A stretch of DNA of 36,034 nt from Paraglomus brasilianum. Taxonomy: Eukaryota. Position 1 is the stretch's first letter, and each line of letters starts with the position of its first letter. The notes under the pieces were generated by a model. The model searched no databases and was not told where the DNA came from. It worked only from the letters and a program-made list of their open reading frames with translations. This document shows positions 24,146 to 35,832 of this stretch, piece after piece. The stretch covers positions 1-36,034 of the forward strand of contig CAJVPI010000306.1 in NCBI GenBank assembly GCA_910592345.1. Reading direction: 5' to 3'. The position numbers and the translations under genes are program-made.

Positions 24146-24556
24146 GTGTCACGGAATTTATTCGGAGTGATACCAATACGAAGGATGCGATGGGCCAGAG
24201 ATATCTACCCCAGTTCAGATACCTACTCCGAGTCCGAGACAACGTGGGAGAAAGGAATTGAAAAGGCGAAGAGGAACTTTAGAGACTTAGCTGAAGCATA
24301 TTCCTTAGGCAAGGTCATAGACAGAGGCGGATCAAAAGTCTCTCGCCTAGCAATGAGCAAGGTCGCAATATCGGTATATAGACTAAACAAAGGCTGCGAA
24401 AGAATTCTAACAAAGGAGTTTATCGAAATAATACCCTACCCAATATTAAATAGTAATGTGAGGACGGAGATAGAGAAACTCTATAATTCGCGTATAAACA
24501 CCAGCTCCACTACCATGGCTATTAAAAAACGTAATCTCCGCCGGCTCGCACGCTGA
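24146..24556 (+). CDS. Hypothetical ORF, 136 codons, GTG start; possibly a mobile-element-derived fragment
   Basis: Open frame with helical-looking content (AEAYSLGKVI...KVAISVYRL). No confident family and no good ATG or splice model. Confidence 0.25.
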   Translation: MSRNLFGVIPIRRMRWARDIYPSSDTYSESETTWEKGIEKAKRNFRDLAEAYSLGKVIDRGGSKVSRLAMSKVAISVYRLNKGCERILTKEFIEIIPYPILNSNVRTEIEKLYNSRINTSSTTMAIKKRNLRRLAR

Positions 24557-25815
24557 TTAATATCCAACCGATTAACTACTTCCTCCAGAATGAATGTATT
24601 AGTATGTAAATCAAATCATTACAAACACATCTAGCATGAACGTTACGTCACGGCGACGACTGGAAGCAAAGGCGCTTTGAGGAATGGTGAGGAGCCAATA
24701 TGGAATGGCGTTTATTTGGGATAGGTACATATCTTGTTTCGCATGAACGTTTCGGGCTACAGTCAAGTACCGATACCCGTTATACCGATAATCTACCTAT
24801 AATAGAAACTTCCGCTCCCAAACTTTACATAGATAAGAAATTGGTTCACTACTGCCAGAGTTCCGTATAGCCAGGTTCACTATAGATAGCTTCAACTGCA
24901 ATAAAAGTGTATTCCTTACAAATATTAATATGGCACGCGATTTGTTTACTGTTCAATTCAGCCTCCAGAGAGGACGTTCCGACCCGAACATTTTTACCCG
25001 TCACTATTCAACAGCTTAAATTGGGCTTTATAGCGAGCACCTCGTTGTGAATAAAAGTTCCTTGCGATAGCATCAATGTCCTATTTAGTTACTCTTTTGG
25101 GAAGCCCGATTTTTTGATCACAAAAAAACTACTACATATAGCAAATAAGGTTATGAATACCAAATGAAACTTAGACTTATTTAGGAGTGAATCTCGTGAA
25201 TGCACACCGAAAGTGTATGCAAAACGTGCATTTTAATTTAGGGACTCAAGTGCCCTAAATATAAACAGATTTTACGTTTTAATCCTGTTATTATTTCAGT
25301 TATTATTATTATTATTCATCTTCTTCTTTCTTAAATTTAGGTAATACGTGATGCTATATCTAGACTTAGCAATAATTCGACTCTTTTATCTTTAAAAACC
25401 AGAAGGTAGGATCTAATTAGAATAAAGCTCACCTGCTCGCGTATCTCTTTATGAGGGTCTTCATTAAGCAATTTTTTCCAAAATTGCTTTGCAAAGGCCT
25501 TCTGGATCCTCCAAGTAGTCTCAACCAGCTGTCAAACTATGCATAATGCTAGTGCTTTATGTCTACAAGACTTCATTAATTTGCCATTTCAATAACGGAA
25601 TTAAAGCAAGGAAGCGGATTATGTAACAAATGTAACAAGACAGCAAGCGCTTACGGTTTAGTATTAATATTAATATTAAGTCTTTCGCTAGTAGCATTAA
25701 GTATAATCCTGATTGGCCAGAAAAAATTTGTATGTTGATTGGTCGATGTCAAATAACACGTGTATAAGAGATTGAGTCATCTTGTGACACGCCAATTTCT
25801 AACATTCTTGCGACC

Positions 25816-27625
25816 ATGAGCGAAAGGTAATTTACTGCCGTTGTCCGAGAAGAGAATGTTTATTATGGATTCGCCAGAAATTACAATCTTTAAGAAGCTA
25901 AATTTGATTACTTGAATTAATAAAAGATCTTTCCTGATCACTCTTGATTGCCAGCACTTACTCCACAATCGATATCTAGCATTGTAGATGTAGATGATGA
26001 CTCGCAGCAATTCGATATTGTAAACTGCTATAAGGGTTTTTTGGAGGCCAATCCAGTAAATTTCTTGTCAAATTTATTCATTTCCCCCCCTACATTTGGA
26101 TCGCAATGTAACACTGCTTTTCACGCCGTTAAATCAGGACATTCCAATGCCAATAGCAGCAATAGAATCTTTAATCGAATTTATTAAGCACAGTAAAGCA
26201 ACGACACTTTCCGAATTTATGAAATCTCTTGAGGAGGGAAGTGAATCATTGAAGAGCTCTACACGAAATTCGATCTCCCTCTCCGCGGGGACAGACTTAT
26301 TTCTGAGATTTGTCACCCGGACATCTCATGATGTTACGGTTAGTGATGTATATAACGCGCAGTAGGGATTGAGATTGGATTAGAGTAGTGATGAGTTGCG
26401 CAAATCTAGTAACAGACTACTAATATGTAATATGGTTTGCTGTAGAATCTTGATGCTTGCAAAGAGCATCTAATGGAAAGTGGCAAAGTCCTCGTGGAAA
26501 AGGCAATTGCAGTTAGACACAAGGTGGCCGAATTGGGTGTTCAGTTCATAAAAGACGATGCCGTAAGTGAGATGTTATTATGACATATTTACGTTAATCT
26601 AGCTATACGCATGTATACGTGAAAAGTACGCAGCGAAGTCTTATCAATATAATTTCGTTTAGGTAATACTTATTCATTCATACTCACGTGTTGTTATGCA
26701 ACTGCTGCAGCGTGCAGCAGCGTGTAAGAAGAGATTTAAAGTGTATGTCACCGAATCAAGACCCAGTTCACTAGGGTAAGTTTTTGTAATAAATGCGTGC
26801 ATTATCCATTTTATCAATTTCTGATAAATTTTTCTCAACGAATTAGTCTGCGTTCAGTCAAAACATTGCGCAAGTCAGGCATCCCAGCCACCGTTATACT
26901 AGATACGGCTGTTGGATATGTCATTGGCAAAGTAGATGCGGTTTTCGTTGGAGCAGAGGGCGTTGTCGAGAATGGTGGCTTGATCAATGCGGTGAGTGGA
27001 TCGAGTTTTCGCATGTTAAGTGGAACACTGGTAATGAACTAAAAGTTGGTTTTTTTTTTACTTGTGCGAATATACTACAAGATCGGTACTTATCAATTAG
27101 CCATAGTTGCCAAAGCTGCCAATAAACCCTTCTATGCAGTACTTGAGAGGTAAGCGCAGCATCTAAACACGAGCTGCTTTCGTGTAGCACTATTAGCGAT
27201 AAGTAATTATACTTTTTTGTCGTTCATTAGCTACAAATTCCTTCGTCTATTTCCCCTGAATCAATACGATCTTCCAACACACACACCAGACTTGCTATCA
27301 TTCCCAGACTTGGATAATCGATTCAGCCACATAAGCGGTCACATGAGAATAAGCGATAAATACGAGCACAATCACAAGCAAGTCGACAGCAAGGATGAAA
27401 CGGATGAGGTTGAAGATTATGAGGTGAGTAATCACAAAGTCTTCGTTTGTATTTATGGATCAAATTCATAATCAACTTGAACGGCTCATGGTTTTATTAC
27501 CTTAGTCGAACAATCCAACGGTAGATTACACTCCACCAGAATATATCACTCTACTTTGTACAGACTTGGGCGTTCTAACACCATCAGGAGTCAGTGATGA
27601 ATTGATCAAGTTACATTTGTATTAA
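25816..27625 (+). CDS. GCN3: Translation initiation factor eIF2B alpha subunit, 9 exons (25816-25826, 25980-26055, 26138-26338, 26446-26562, 26663-26775, 26847-26991, 27082-27149, 27231-27423, 27506-27625)
   Basis: Motifs [79 protein letters not shown] and [35 protein letters not shown] introns in phase. The first exon is the least certain. Confidence 0.95.
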
Positions 27626-28876
27626 GTAAGCGGACGACTTGTTGCAATCATTAGAATATCCCAGCGAGACATGCTTATTGTTTATTACGAAGTAGTCAAT
27701 GAAGAAAGATTTGAAGAACCTTCAATGTCAACTTACACATACTTGGGGCCTTTTATTTGACAATAATTGATAATATATAATAAAAAAGTATGAACGAATC
27801 TTTGAAAAAAACATTTGCCTCAGTTAGACACTGGAAAACCATACGCGCATGAATCGTCAATGATGACTTACACGCATGTTTCATCAAAAAACTCCCCAGA
27901 AAGCATTGTCACTTCTGCAAAATGTCACTTCATTCCGAATGCGCCCATTCTAGTGTGAAATAGTTAAAACAATTTAAAACGGCATGATTCAAGTCGTTAT
28001 AGATTGCCCCTATCTCTAATATTTTAGTTCTTACCTTGCATTCGCGGCCGCTCACTCTACTGAACAAAATTAAAGTCCCATCTGTATTCGTTCGACCCAA
28101 AGACAAGGTATGTTACCACGGCAGCACTTGAAGCAAACAAAATTGTTATAAATGACGGATTGTTTTGCGTTTTATGCAATTCAACCGAGCGTCCTTTGTT
28201 ACTTGACCCGGTTACTAAAGACTGGAGTAACGACGTAAGTGACATCGGGTTTGTAAGAATGGATCAACAGATTTAAATATAAAAGCATAGTGAAGATCTG
28301 TGTGTCACCATTTACTCGCCAATTTTGGGATCAATCGACATTAAATATGCGAGTTACTCTGTTATACTATTGCATTGTTAGCTCTTGATTGCGTTTACAC
28401 ATTCTTCCAGAATTCTTTCAACACAATTTGTTCACTCTTTCTACAGTTAGAAATCCTGGCGTTTTACGCTAGGAGCCCTTTATTCGAAATCCATGGTAAA
28501 GTTTGAAACCGTATACATCACGTAGATGATTCATTGCTTTACAGATTCATGTCGACCGGAAGATGCTCAACTAGATTGACACTCAGATTACAAGCATGCC
28601 AGAATATAAAATGCTTATTCGCTGCACTGGAACTGTTCCAATGATCAACAAAGTGAAACACAGATAGATCGATGCCAAAACGGCGACTGATCCTGTTGAT
28701 GTAAGCTTGTGATATAAATTATGAATGGTACGAAGAACTAATTAACTAAGATAATTGTCTCACTCTCTCCATCGTGGTCTCAGAAAATTTACCAACTATT
28801 AGTCAAAAACCAACTGTTGAATTTATTGCGACCAATAACTTATATTATAATACTAGAACACTTCAATGACCGATCA

Positions 28877-31817
28877 TTACTCATCTACAATCTCCTCGGT
28901 TTCCTCGACAACCTCCTCAACCCACTCTTCAATTACTTCCACGCCCTCATCCTCTCTCGTATCAATTGGAGGCAACCCGGCAAGTTCTCTCTCTTCAGCC
29001 AATTCATTTTCAACGCGTTTGCGCCATGCATTCCATTCATCCATAAGGCGACGTCGGTGAGCTATTTGCTCTTTGGAAACAGATGTCTGGGCGAGAGCAT
29101 CTTCCTCTTCAAATACTTTGGAGTATTCACGAAGGCTCCTACGAACTTTCTTCTTTTGCTCGTTAGTAAGAAGGGATCGAGGGCGGGGTCGCCAAAGGAT
29201 TTGTTTGAATTTATCAAGAAGATACCGCCGCAATTGGGTTCCTTTGAAGTCCCAGATTGTATAGCCATTCTCGGCCTGCGAATTATAATTAAGGATACTT
29301 CATTTAATATTGGTAAAACAAGAAACAGCGAATATCAAATAAATATCAATTAAGAGATTATCTTATTTTGTAAGACACATTACCGAATGCCTCCACATAC
29401 TAGAACTGGTAATAACATATCTGCCAGTTGGATCCCATTCGATATCGGTAACATTATAATGTTCTTGCACACTCATCAACTGCAAGGATGCACCAGGATC
29501 CTGTCTAGCAGCCTCTTTCTGTTCTGCCGTTCCCTCAAAATCTAAATCCCAAAATTCCAAGTCAAAGGTTGACTGTGATCTTAACGTAGTTAATATCACG
29601 TGTCTACCACGAGGAGACCAGAAAATAGAATTCGAGGTTTTCTTATCGAGCGTTTCTGATAGGATAGTGAAGAGTCCAATTGAGATACCACATTATTATA
29701 TTACAGTACCCATAAGAACATGCGTAATTTGAATTGATCCTTACTGATTAGTTTAAAATTTGCTACTGTCTGCGTGCCATTCACGGGTTTCGCCTTGTCG
29801 AGATAATAGAAAACTACGGATGTCTTTGGTGTAGTACTCGGTTGACCGTATGCCGGATCATTTGTGGTTATTATAACAAACCTCTCTCCCTTCGGTTCCC
29901 ATGCAAATGCCATGACAGTGTCTGAATAGTTATGTCAAACAGTTATGAATTTTAGTAACAAGAAGAATAAATTAGCCTTGCTAAGAACTCTTGGATAAAC
30001 GTTGCATATCCTGATTGCACCATCATTAATCCCATCGACTCTTAATTGCAGAAGTTTACGCTATTGTTTACGTACCTTTGACTTCTATTACTTCTACTGG
30101 AATATCCTTTTCACGGACTCGGAAAATTTCGAGATTAGCAAATGTCGACTTCTTAGTCTTTGTGTGACGGTCTACTTTTACACATAAGAAATCCCCATTT
30201 GACTGCCAATGCAGCTTACACTACAACCGTACATCGGGAATGAATGTAATAATATTAGAGTTTTGGTCACACTCATACTAGGAAAAGAAAACACTGATTC
30301 ACAGACATTGGCAACACTGAACAAATTCTTAGTCCTTATAATCTCCTTTGATGGAATACTCATTAGAGTAACACGAGCTGGCTGATTGCCTATTTCAGGT
30401 GTCCAAAAACTGATTATCTCTTCTCTAGTCTTCTTATCCCCGTGTTTGTCTTTACTCTTATCCTTTTCCTTATCTCTTTCTGAAACAGGAGCCCATTCGA
30501 AATCAGCCACTCCTTCAACCTTAATGCTCTTCTTGCCAACCAGACCCATCCCAGGAGTCTCATATATGGATATCTGTTGACCGACAGTCACGCGTCCGAA
30601 ATACTTATCGTTGTGCGACCATTTAAACATAGGCCACGTAATCTTATTTGAAGTGTCGTCGGGGGACGTTGAAGAAGGGAAGGAACGAAGTAGAGCACCA
30701 AAATGGACGTCCCAGATAATCAACTGATTTCCTTCGTCCTCCATTCCAAAAGGCGAGCCTGGTATGCCATTATTGAGGGTGATTGGTTCGTAACTCCAAG
30801 TGACGAGATATCGTTCGTTGGGTGAAAAGTCAATTAGTTTGACGCCCGGATGGACAAACCGGATTATTTTATTCCAACTTGGTCCGCCCCAGAGTGCTAT
30901 ACCTTGCCGATGGAATGTAGCTAGATACGTGCCTAATGGAGACCACTGAACGTATGTTTCTGTCCAATACTAGTAGATAATTAGCATCATCGAGAGGAAT
31001 ATCTTGTCCTAACCGCCAATAAACAAATATTACAACTTACTTGTCGTTTATGGATTTCTTCCGGTGGCTCAGTTTTGCGATTCCAATAAATGCTCACTTC
31101 GTCTCCACGGTGTAAGACAAATTGATCTCTTGCTTGCGAATCGGTAAGCCAGCTTCGCAAATGTTCCTAATAATTATCGGTAGGTTAGAATCGACAATCC
31201 TACGAACTACGTTACAGCTTAATAAGTCTTTGCTAAACGGACCCGCTCGGTAAACTTCTCTTCCTCTGGGTCTACATATTCCTCTTTCAATTGCGAATAC
31301 TTTTCGATATCTGTAAAACGATTGATAGCCAGGATATGGGATCGATCCATTGGATGATTATTTAATTGTTTTACCGCAAGGTTTGCTTGCTCCGCAGTTT
31401 CCATCTCAATAAACAGAAAACTAAAAAAAAAAAGCATTGTCGGTTGAATATGAGGATCACCCTGTTAACGGCCTTTTGATTGTATCGATTCTGACTAAGT
31501 AACGCGACGATAAAAAGTCCAATATTAGCATTAATGTTTATTTACCCCTTAGACGCTAGTTTCCCTGTCTCGGCATTTAGATCCATTGGCATACTTATTC
31601 CTCCTTCTTTGATCTCTCCAACTCCAGCTGTGCGGAATATTTTTCGCATTGTTCTAAAGAGTTTGTCTTTTTTACTTTCCTCAACTATTGGAACTTTATC
31701 AACTACTATGATATTATCGAACCCTTCTTCAAATGGCACTTGGTACTTGGCTTCAATGTCTGAATAATCTATTTCATCCTCCGAAGCGGGGAGGTTATTT
31801 ACGTCGAATGCTGTCAT
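28877..31817 (-). CDS. PRT1: Translation initiation factor eIF3 subunit B, multi-exon
   Basis: N-terminal RRM ([11 protein letters not shown]...SKG/FLFIEM), beta-propeller segments ([61 protein letters not shown]) and C-terminal WRPRP...[12 protein letters not shown]...[12 protein letters not shown] at 31817, stop at 28877. Confidence 0.96.
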
Positions 31818-32632
31818 TTTGATTATATTGTTGGTAAACGTCGTAAGGAAGAGAAAATTTCGAGAGTAAAAAAATATTGGGTCCAATCGGAGAATTTTTA
31901 TCAAATGTCACGCGCATTTTTAAGACCGTTCCAAGATTATTTATAGCATGATAATTGTTAACGCTTTGTAACAGATAAATGGCATTTGGGCTGGAGAGAG
32001 CAAAGAAAAAGCTGATGGAAGGCGAGTTAGGAGATAGTCATTAGTTAGGAGAAGCAAGTGCAAGTGTTGCAGTCTGCGAGGTTGGGACGATTATTACCAG
32101 AAAAGAAAAATAATTATCAATGCACTATTTAGATCATAATACATATTATCACACTGATGTTTTTGTTGATGTCTTTTCGAAATCCAATTTCCTTCCAATA
32201 CTCTCTTTATGTCCTCTCTTCTGAAGAAGACGCAAATGGTTGTATTTCTGGGTACAGTTAAACTCTCCACTTTTAAATACACTTACACATCCATTTTTAA
32301 TGTTTTCCATCCAAAAATCTTTTCGCAAGCATATTTAGAAATGCATTGTCGAGAATACCTCCCGGTCAAATTTGAATGCAAGCGCCCTCCCAGGTGACCG
32401 AACATAACATTATTATACAATCTTGTGTGTTCCCAGAAGCTTTCACAGATGTAGTGACTACCTGAGATCACCACCATTCAGGGTGAGATTGCAAAGATAG
32501 TAAAAAAACAACAACAATGCATGTCAATTTAAAGTCATATTTTAAGTGACCTGAGATGCCACTGACCTTGACTTGAAGCATTATGCATGAAATCTGCTAA
32601 ATTGATTGATGAGTAATACTAGTCATGGGACA

Positions 32633-33460
32633 TTTCTTTTTTTAAATTTAGAACTTTATTGTCTAACTACAGATAAACTGCTAAAGCTATATGCAATAAA
32701 GAGCTTGGCTGAATAGCCTGGAATAAAGTATGTGGAGTAATGTGAGAAGAGAGAAGAATTCTAGTGATAGAGACAGTTGAAGGCCAAGTATGGAGTAATA
32801 ATTTTGTATGAGAGGAGGGTGGAGATAAAGGAAGAGAAAGCTTTAATTATAGAGGAGGGATTAGAGGAACCAAATGATGTTGAAGTGTAGGAGGTCCATA
32901 TGGTCCAAAGGACAGCTGATTGAGTTAGACAAGCAATATGCTTAATTTTTGAAGGAAGATGTGAGTGAATAATAATAATGGAAGATGGAGAAGAAAGGTG
33001 TGAAATTAATAAGGAGATGAGTGTGGAAAGGTTCCAAAGATTTGATGCAAAAGGACAGGTGTGAAACATGTGAGAAAGAGAGTTAGGAATGGAGGGACAC
33101 CAGGGACAAAAGCCAGAGTGAATGGAAATATGAGCTATTTTTGATGCCAATAGGGAGTGACCGATTATGATGGGAGATCTTCCATAAGAGGTCATGAATT
33201 TTACAAGGTCAGTGAGAGTGGTGAATTTCATTCCATGTAAGTGGTCCAATGTGAGGGGAGGGAGAGTAGGGTAATATTGGTGGAGAAGGAGGAGAGAGGA
33301 GAATGTATTGAAGATGGGGGAGAGAGGGAGAAGAGGGGATGGTAAAAAGGGAGAGAGTTTCAACTGAACAAGAGGAATTGAGAAAATAATGGGGGGTCTA
33401 TTTTGAGATGAGTTCCTCAGTGATTAAGAATGCATGATGGAAGGGATTGTGAATACCTCC
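32633..33460 (-). mobile_element. 5'-truncated non-LTR retrotransposon (LINE) 3' end
   Basis: ORF 33363-32761 has a zf-RVT-like CPWCPSIPNSLSHMFHTCPFASNLW and an LWTIW motif. On the minus strand it is followed by AATAAA (about 32659-32654) and an A-rich tail (about 32643-32633). Strong purine/pyrimidine skew. Left (5') boundary is approximate. Confidence 0.8.
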
Positions 33461-33997
33461 TCCTATATAAATAATAATAATAATTAGAATAACACACATC
33501 AAAATTTAGGACAATAAAAAGCTAGACATGAGAAGCTTTGCACTAGCCTGCAGAACTGGCTTTGAGACTATTCCTCCACCTTCAGCAGATATCACTTCAA
33601 TCAGAGATCAATGCATGTCTCTCAGAATCTTTTGTGTTTTTAAACTAATTGAAATAATCTTTTGCTTGTTCTTGATTTTGGAACCAGCACACTCACAGAC
33701 TGAAAACTCACAATCCCAATATAAATCTTTTCCTAAATTATGTCTGTAGATATAGATTCAAGTTAGTAAAGGCTCTGATATTAGCCATGAACTTTTTAAG
33801 AATTTCATACCATGAACATCCAGTCTAGATGGTAGCCCTTCTGTATTATTATTGAAATATCTATCACATTTGCTTGGCAATCCATGAAGCTAGTGGTCAT
33901 AATATAATTATATTATGACCACTTAGTCTAGGTTATGACACTTGGTTAGACTATGACCACTCTGTCATGTGACCACATGTTATTCTCACTTATGAGT

Positions 33998-34261
33998 CAC
34001 CTGTTTCAACCCCCAAAACTCGACTCTCGATCGGCATTTAAAAAATTTTATCCACCCCCAAATCGATCGATGATTATATTAATTTCGCCTGGTGCACCAT
34101 TGAGATCTGCAAATTTACCCTAACCCTAATAGCTCACATGTACTATATATGGTGCACCACTGGTGCACCAGGCGAAATTAATATGAATCACCGAACCTCG
34201 ATCGGCTTTAAAAATTCCAACACACCCCTAAATCGATCGACTGAATTGGTTGAAACAGGTG
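33998..34261. mobile_element. 264-bp MITE with 14-bp TIRs and a 7-bp TSD
   Basis: TIR CACCTGTTTCAACC / GGTTGAAACAGGTG (perfect). TATGAGT is duplicated at 33991-33997 and 34262-34268. Confidence 0.9.
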
Positions 34262-34262
34262 T

Positions 34263-34790
34263 ATGAGTTTGCACTTGCATCATCATTCGGGTGACAACAT
34301 GATCACGTTTGTATCGTTATTTGCCTGTGTAACCATCGAGGAAGTCAGCTGAGGGAAAAGTCAGCTGCTACGAAGTGACGATGTGTTTGCATTTGCATCG
34401 TCATTCGAGGACGATATAATCGCGTTTGCATCGCGAGGATGTCAGCTGAGGTGTTGGTTGAAAAGTTAGCCCTACGAAGTGACGATGAGTTTGCGTTTGC
34501 GTCGTCATTGCAGGTGATTCACATCACAATTAGCTTGCGGAGTTGTCTGCGATGGCTGAAAAAAATTGTTATTTGGTTATGTGACATCAAGTTTGTATTT
34601 GCATCATTGTTCGAGTGACGATAAGATTGTGTTTAACAGACGAGCAATATGATTGGCCTGACATTACATGTCAAGGGATAATAACGATGAGTGGTTGTAT
34701 TGTCATTCAGCTGAGGCATTACCAGCCGAGGATAATAACACTTACATGCGCACTCTGTGCGATAATATTTGTGTTTGTATCGTCATATTA
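34263..34790. repeat. Degenerate tandem repeat array with a period of roughly 100-120 bp
   Basis: Recurring GTGACGATGWGTTTGCRTTTGCRTCGTCATT and GTCAGCTGAGG motifs near 34263, 34376, 34479 and 34590, with weaker copies near 34683 and 34768. Confidence 0.65.
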
Positions 34791-35055
34791 TTTGATTTCT
34801 AGAGTGTGGTGGGTCGATGTAAGTCAATTTGCGAAGCAAATATTAAAACAAGTAACGACATACAGAGTGCGCCTTCTTTCCCAGAAAGAAGCAGAATTGT
34901 GTTTACACCGCCATTATTTGGCGGCACCCGCTGAGTTAGCTAGAGCCAAAAAAAATCAAAAAAAAAAAGAAATCGTTTATTTGTCAAGTGACGACGAGTT
35001 CGTGGTTGCATCGTTATTGCAGGAGATTTTTCTGTAATTACGCATTCAAATAAAT

Positions 35056-35430
35056 TCATGGAGAACCAAATAGTTGATGTATCTTGTTCATAATTTTAGA
35101 CCGATCAAGAATATATTGCCATTTTCTCTTTCCACCACCTGCTCGTTGACGCCTAATGCCAATTTGCGAAAATTTTTTACCAAGAACGGCGTTACTACAT
35201 GGTGTTTTACTATTAACTTTACACCAGGCAGAATACTTTTGATATAAATTCTCTGAATTGAGACTATCGATTCTATTTTCGGGCCATAATAAAATAAAAT
35301 TAATAAGGAACTGGATATGGTCGGGATAAACTAAAATTGAGGAAGTAAATCCCCGAGTCTTTGACTCATGCAATTTAATATCTATTATATCTTCGTCAGC
35401 TGTATAATATTCTTCATCAGAGCTTGACAT
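35056..35430 (-). CDS. Stand-alone protein resembling the C-terminal (winged-helix-like) domain of D5-type primase-helicases, 124 aa from ATG 35430
   Basis: IQFLINFILLWPENRIDSLNSENLYQKYSAWCKVNSKTPCSNAVLGKKFSQIGIRRQRAGGGKRKWQYILDRSKI fits the 'LY..Y..WC..N...P......FG..L...G...R......Y' pattern. No primase or Walker A motif upstream. The frame is uninterrupted. Confidence 0.7.
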   Translation of the reverse strand: MSSSDEEYYTADEDIIDIKLHESKTRGFTSSILVYPDHIQFLINFILLWPENRIDSLNSENLYQKYSAWCKVNSKTPCSNAVLGKKFSQIGIRRQRAGGGKRKWQYILDRSKIMNKIHQLFGSP

Positions 35431-35514
35431 TGTACATGTGTTTGGAATGTATAGGTGAACCTCAAAAAATTGCTGTAAGTTACTTCTGTATGTAGCGCGT
35501 ATCTTTAATATCAA

Positions 35515-35832
35515 ATAAATCCGTCCTAATTATACTAGGACACGTCCTAATATAAAAATGTTACTTAGGACGGGAAAAAGCCTTATTTTCGTCATTTACC
35601 TTGTTATTTTTGTCATTTACCTTGTTATTCTATTATTTTCATAAATCCGTCCTAATTGTCCTAGTAAAAAGTAATATTCTAGGAAAAATAAAATTTATCC
35701 ACTCATGATACATTTATACTATATATATGATGTATACATGCTATATACATATAATATATACTATGTATATCTATAGATAAAAAAAAAGTAAGAAGATCTG
35801 AGATTTTACTAGGACAACTAGGACATTAGGAC
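35515..35832. repeat. Array of nine TAGGAC/GTCCTA hexamers, a 21-bp inverted repeat around an AT-rich spacer, and a 21-bp direct repeat
   Basis: GTCCTA at 35523, 35544, 35649, 35658; TAGGAC at 35536, 35566, 35810, 35819, 35827. Inverted repeat 35649-35669 vs 35804-35824 (20/21). TTATTTTYGTCATTTACCTTG twice at 35583-35624. ATAAATCCGTCCTAATT twice (35515, 35641). Confidence 0.9.

Noticed and set aside
20913..24556. Prokaryotic-Argonaute-type defence operon
   Set aside because: The gene has spliceosomal introns and eukaryotic AGO signatures, and no Sir2, TIR or nuclease partner is recognisable.
28817..31767. Plus-strand ORFs opposite eIF3b (e.g. 28817-29353)
   Set aside because: Antisense shadows of charged, low-complexity eIF3b exons.
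34118..34129. True telomere or chromosome end
   Set aside because: Only two CCCTAA units, internal to a MITE.
34263..34790. Spaced degenerate repeats as a CRISPR-like array, and ORF 34615-35037 as a gene
   Set aside because: The repeats are highly diverged and the intervening sequence is also partly repeated, which indicates a satellite. The ORF has a GTG start, overlaps the repeats and shows no domain.
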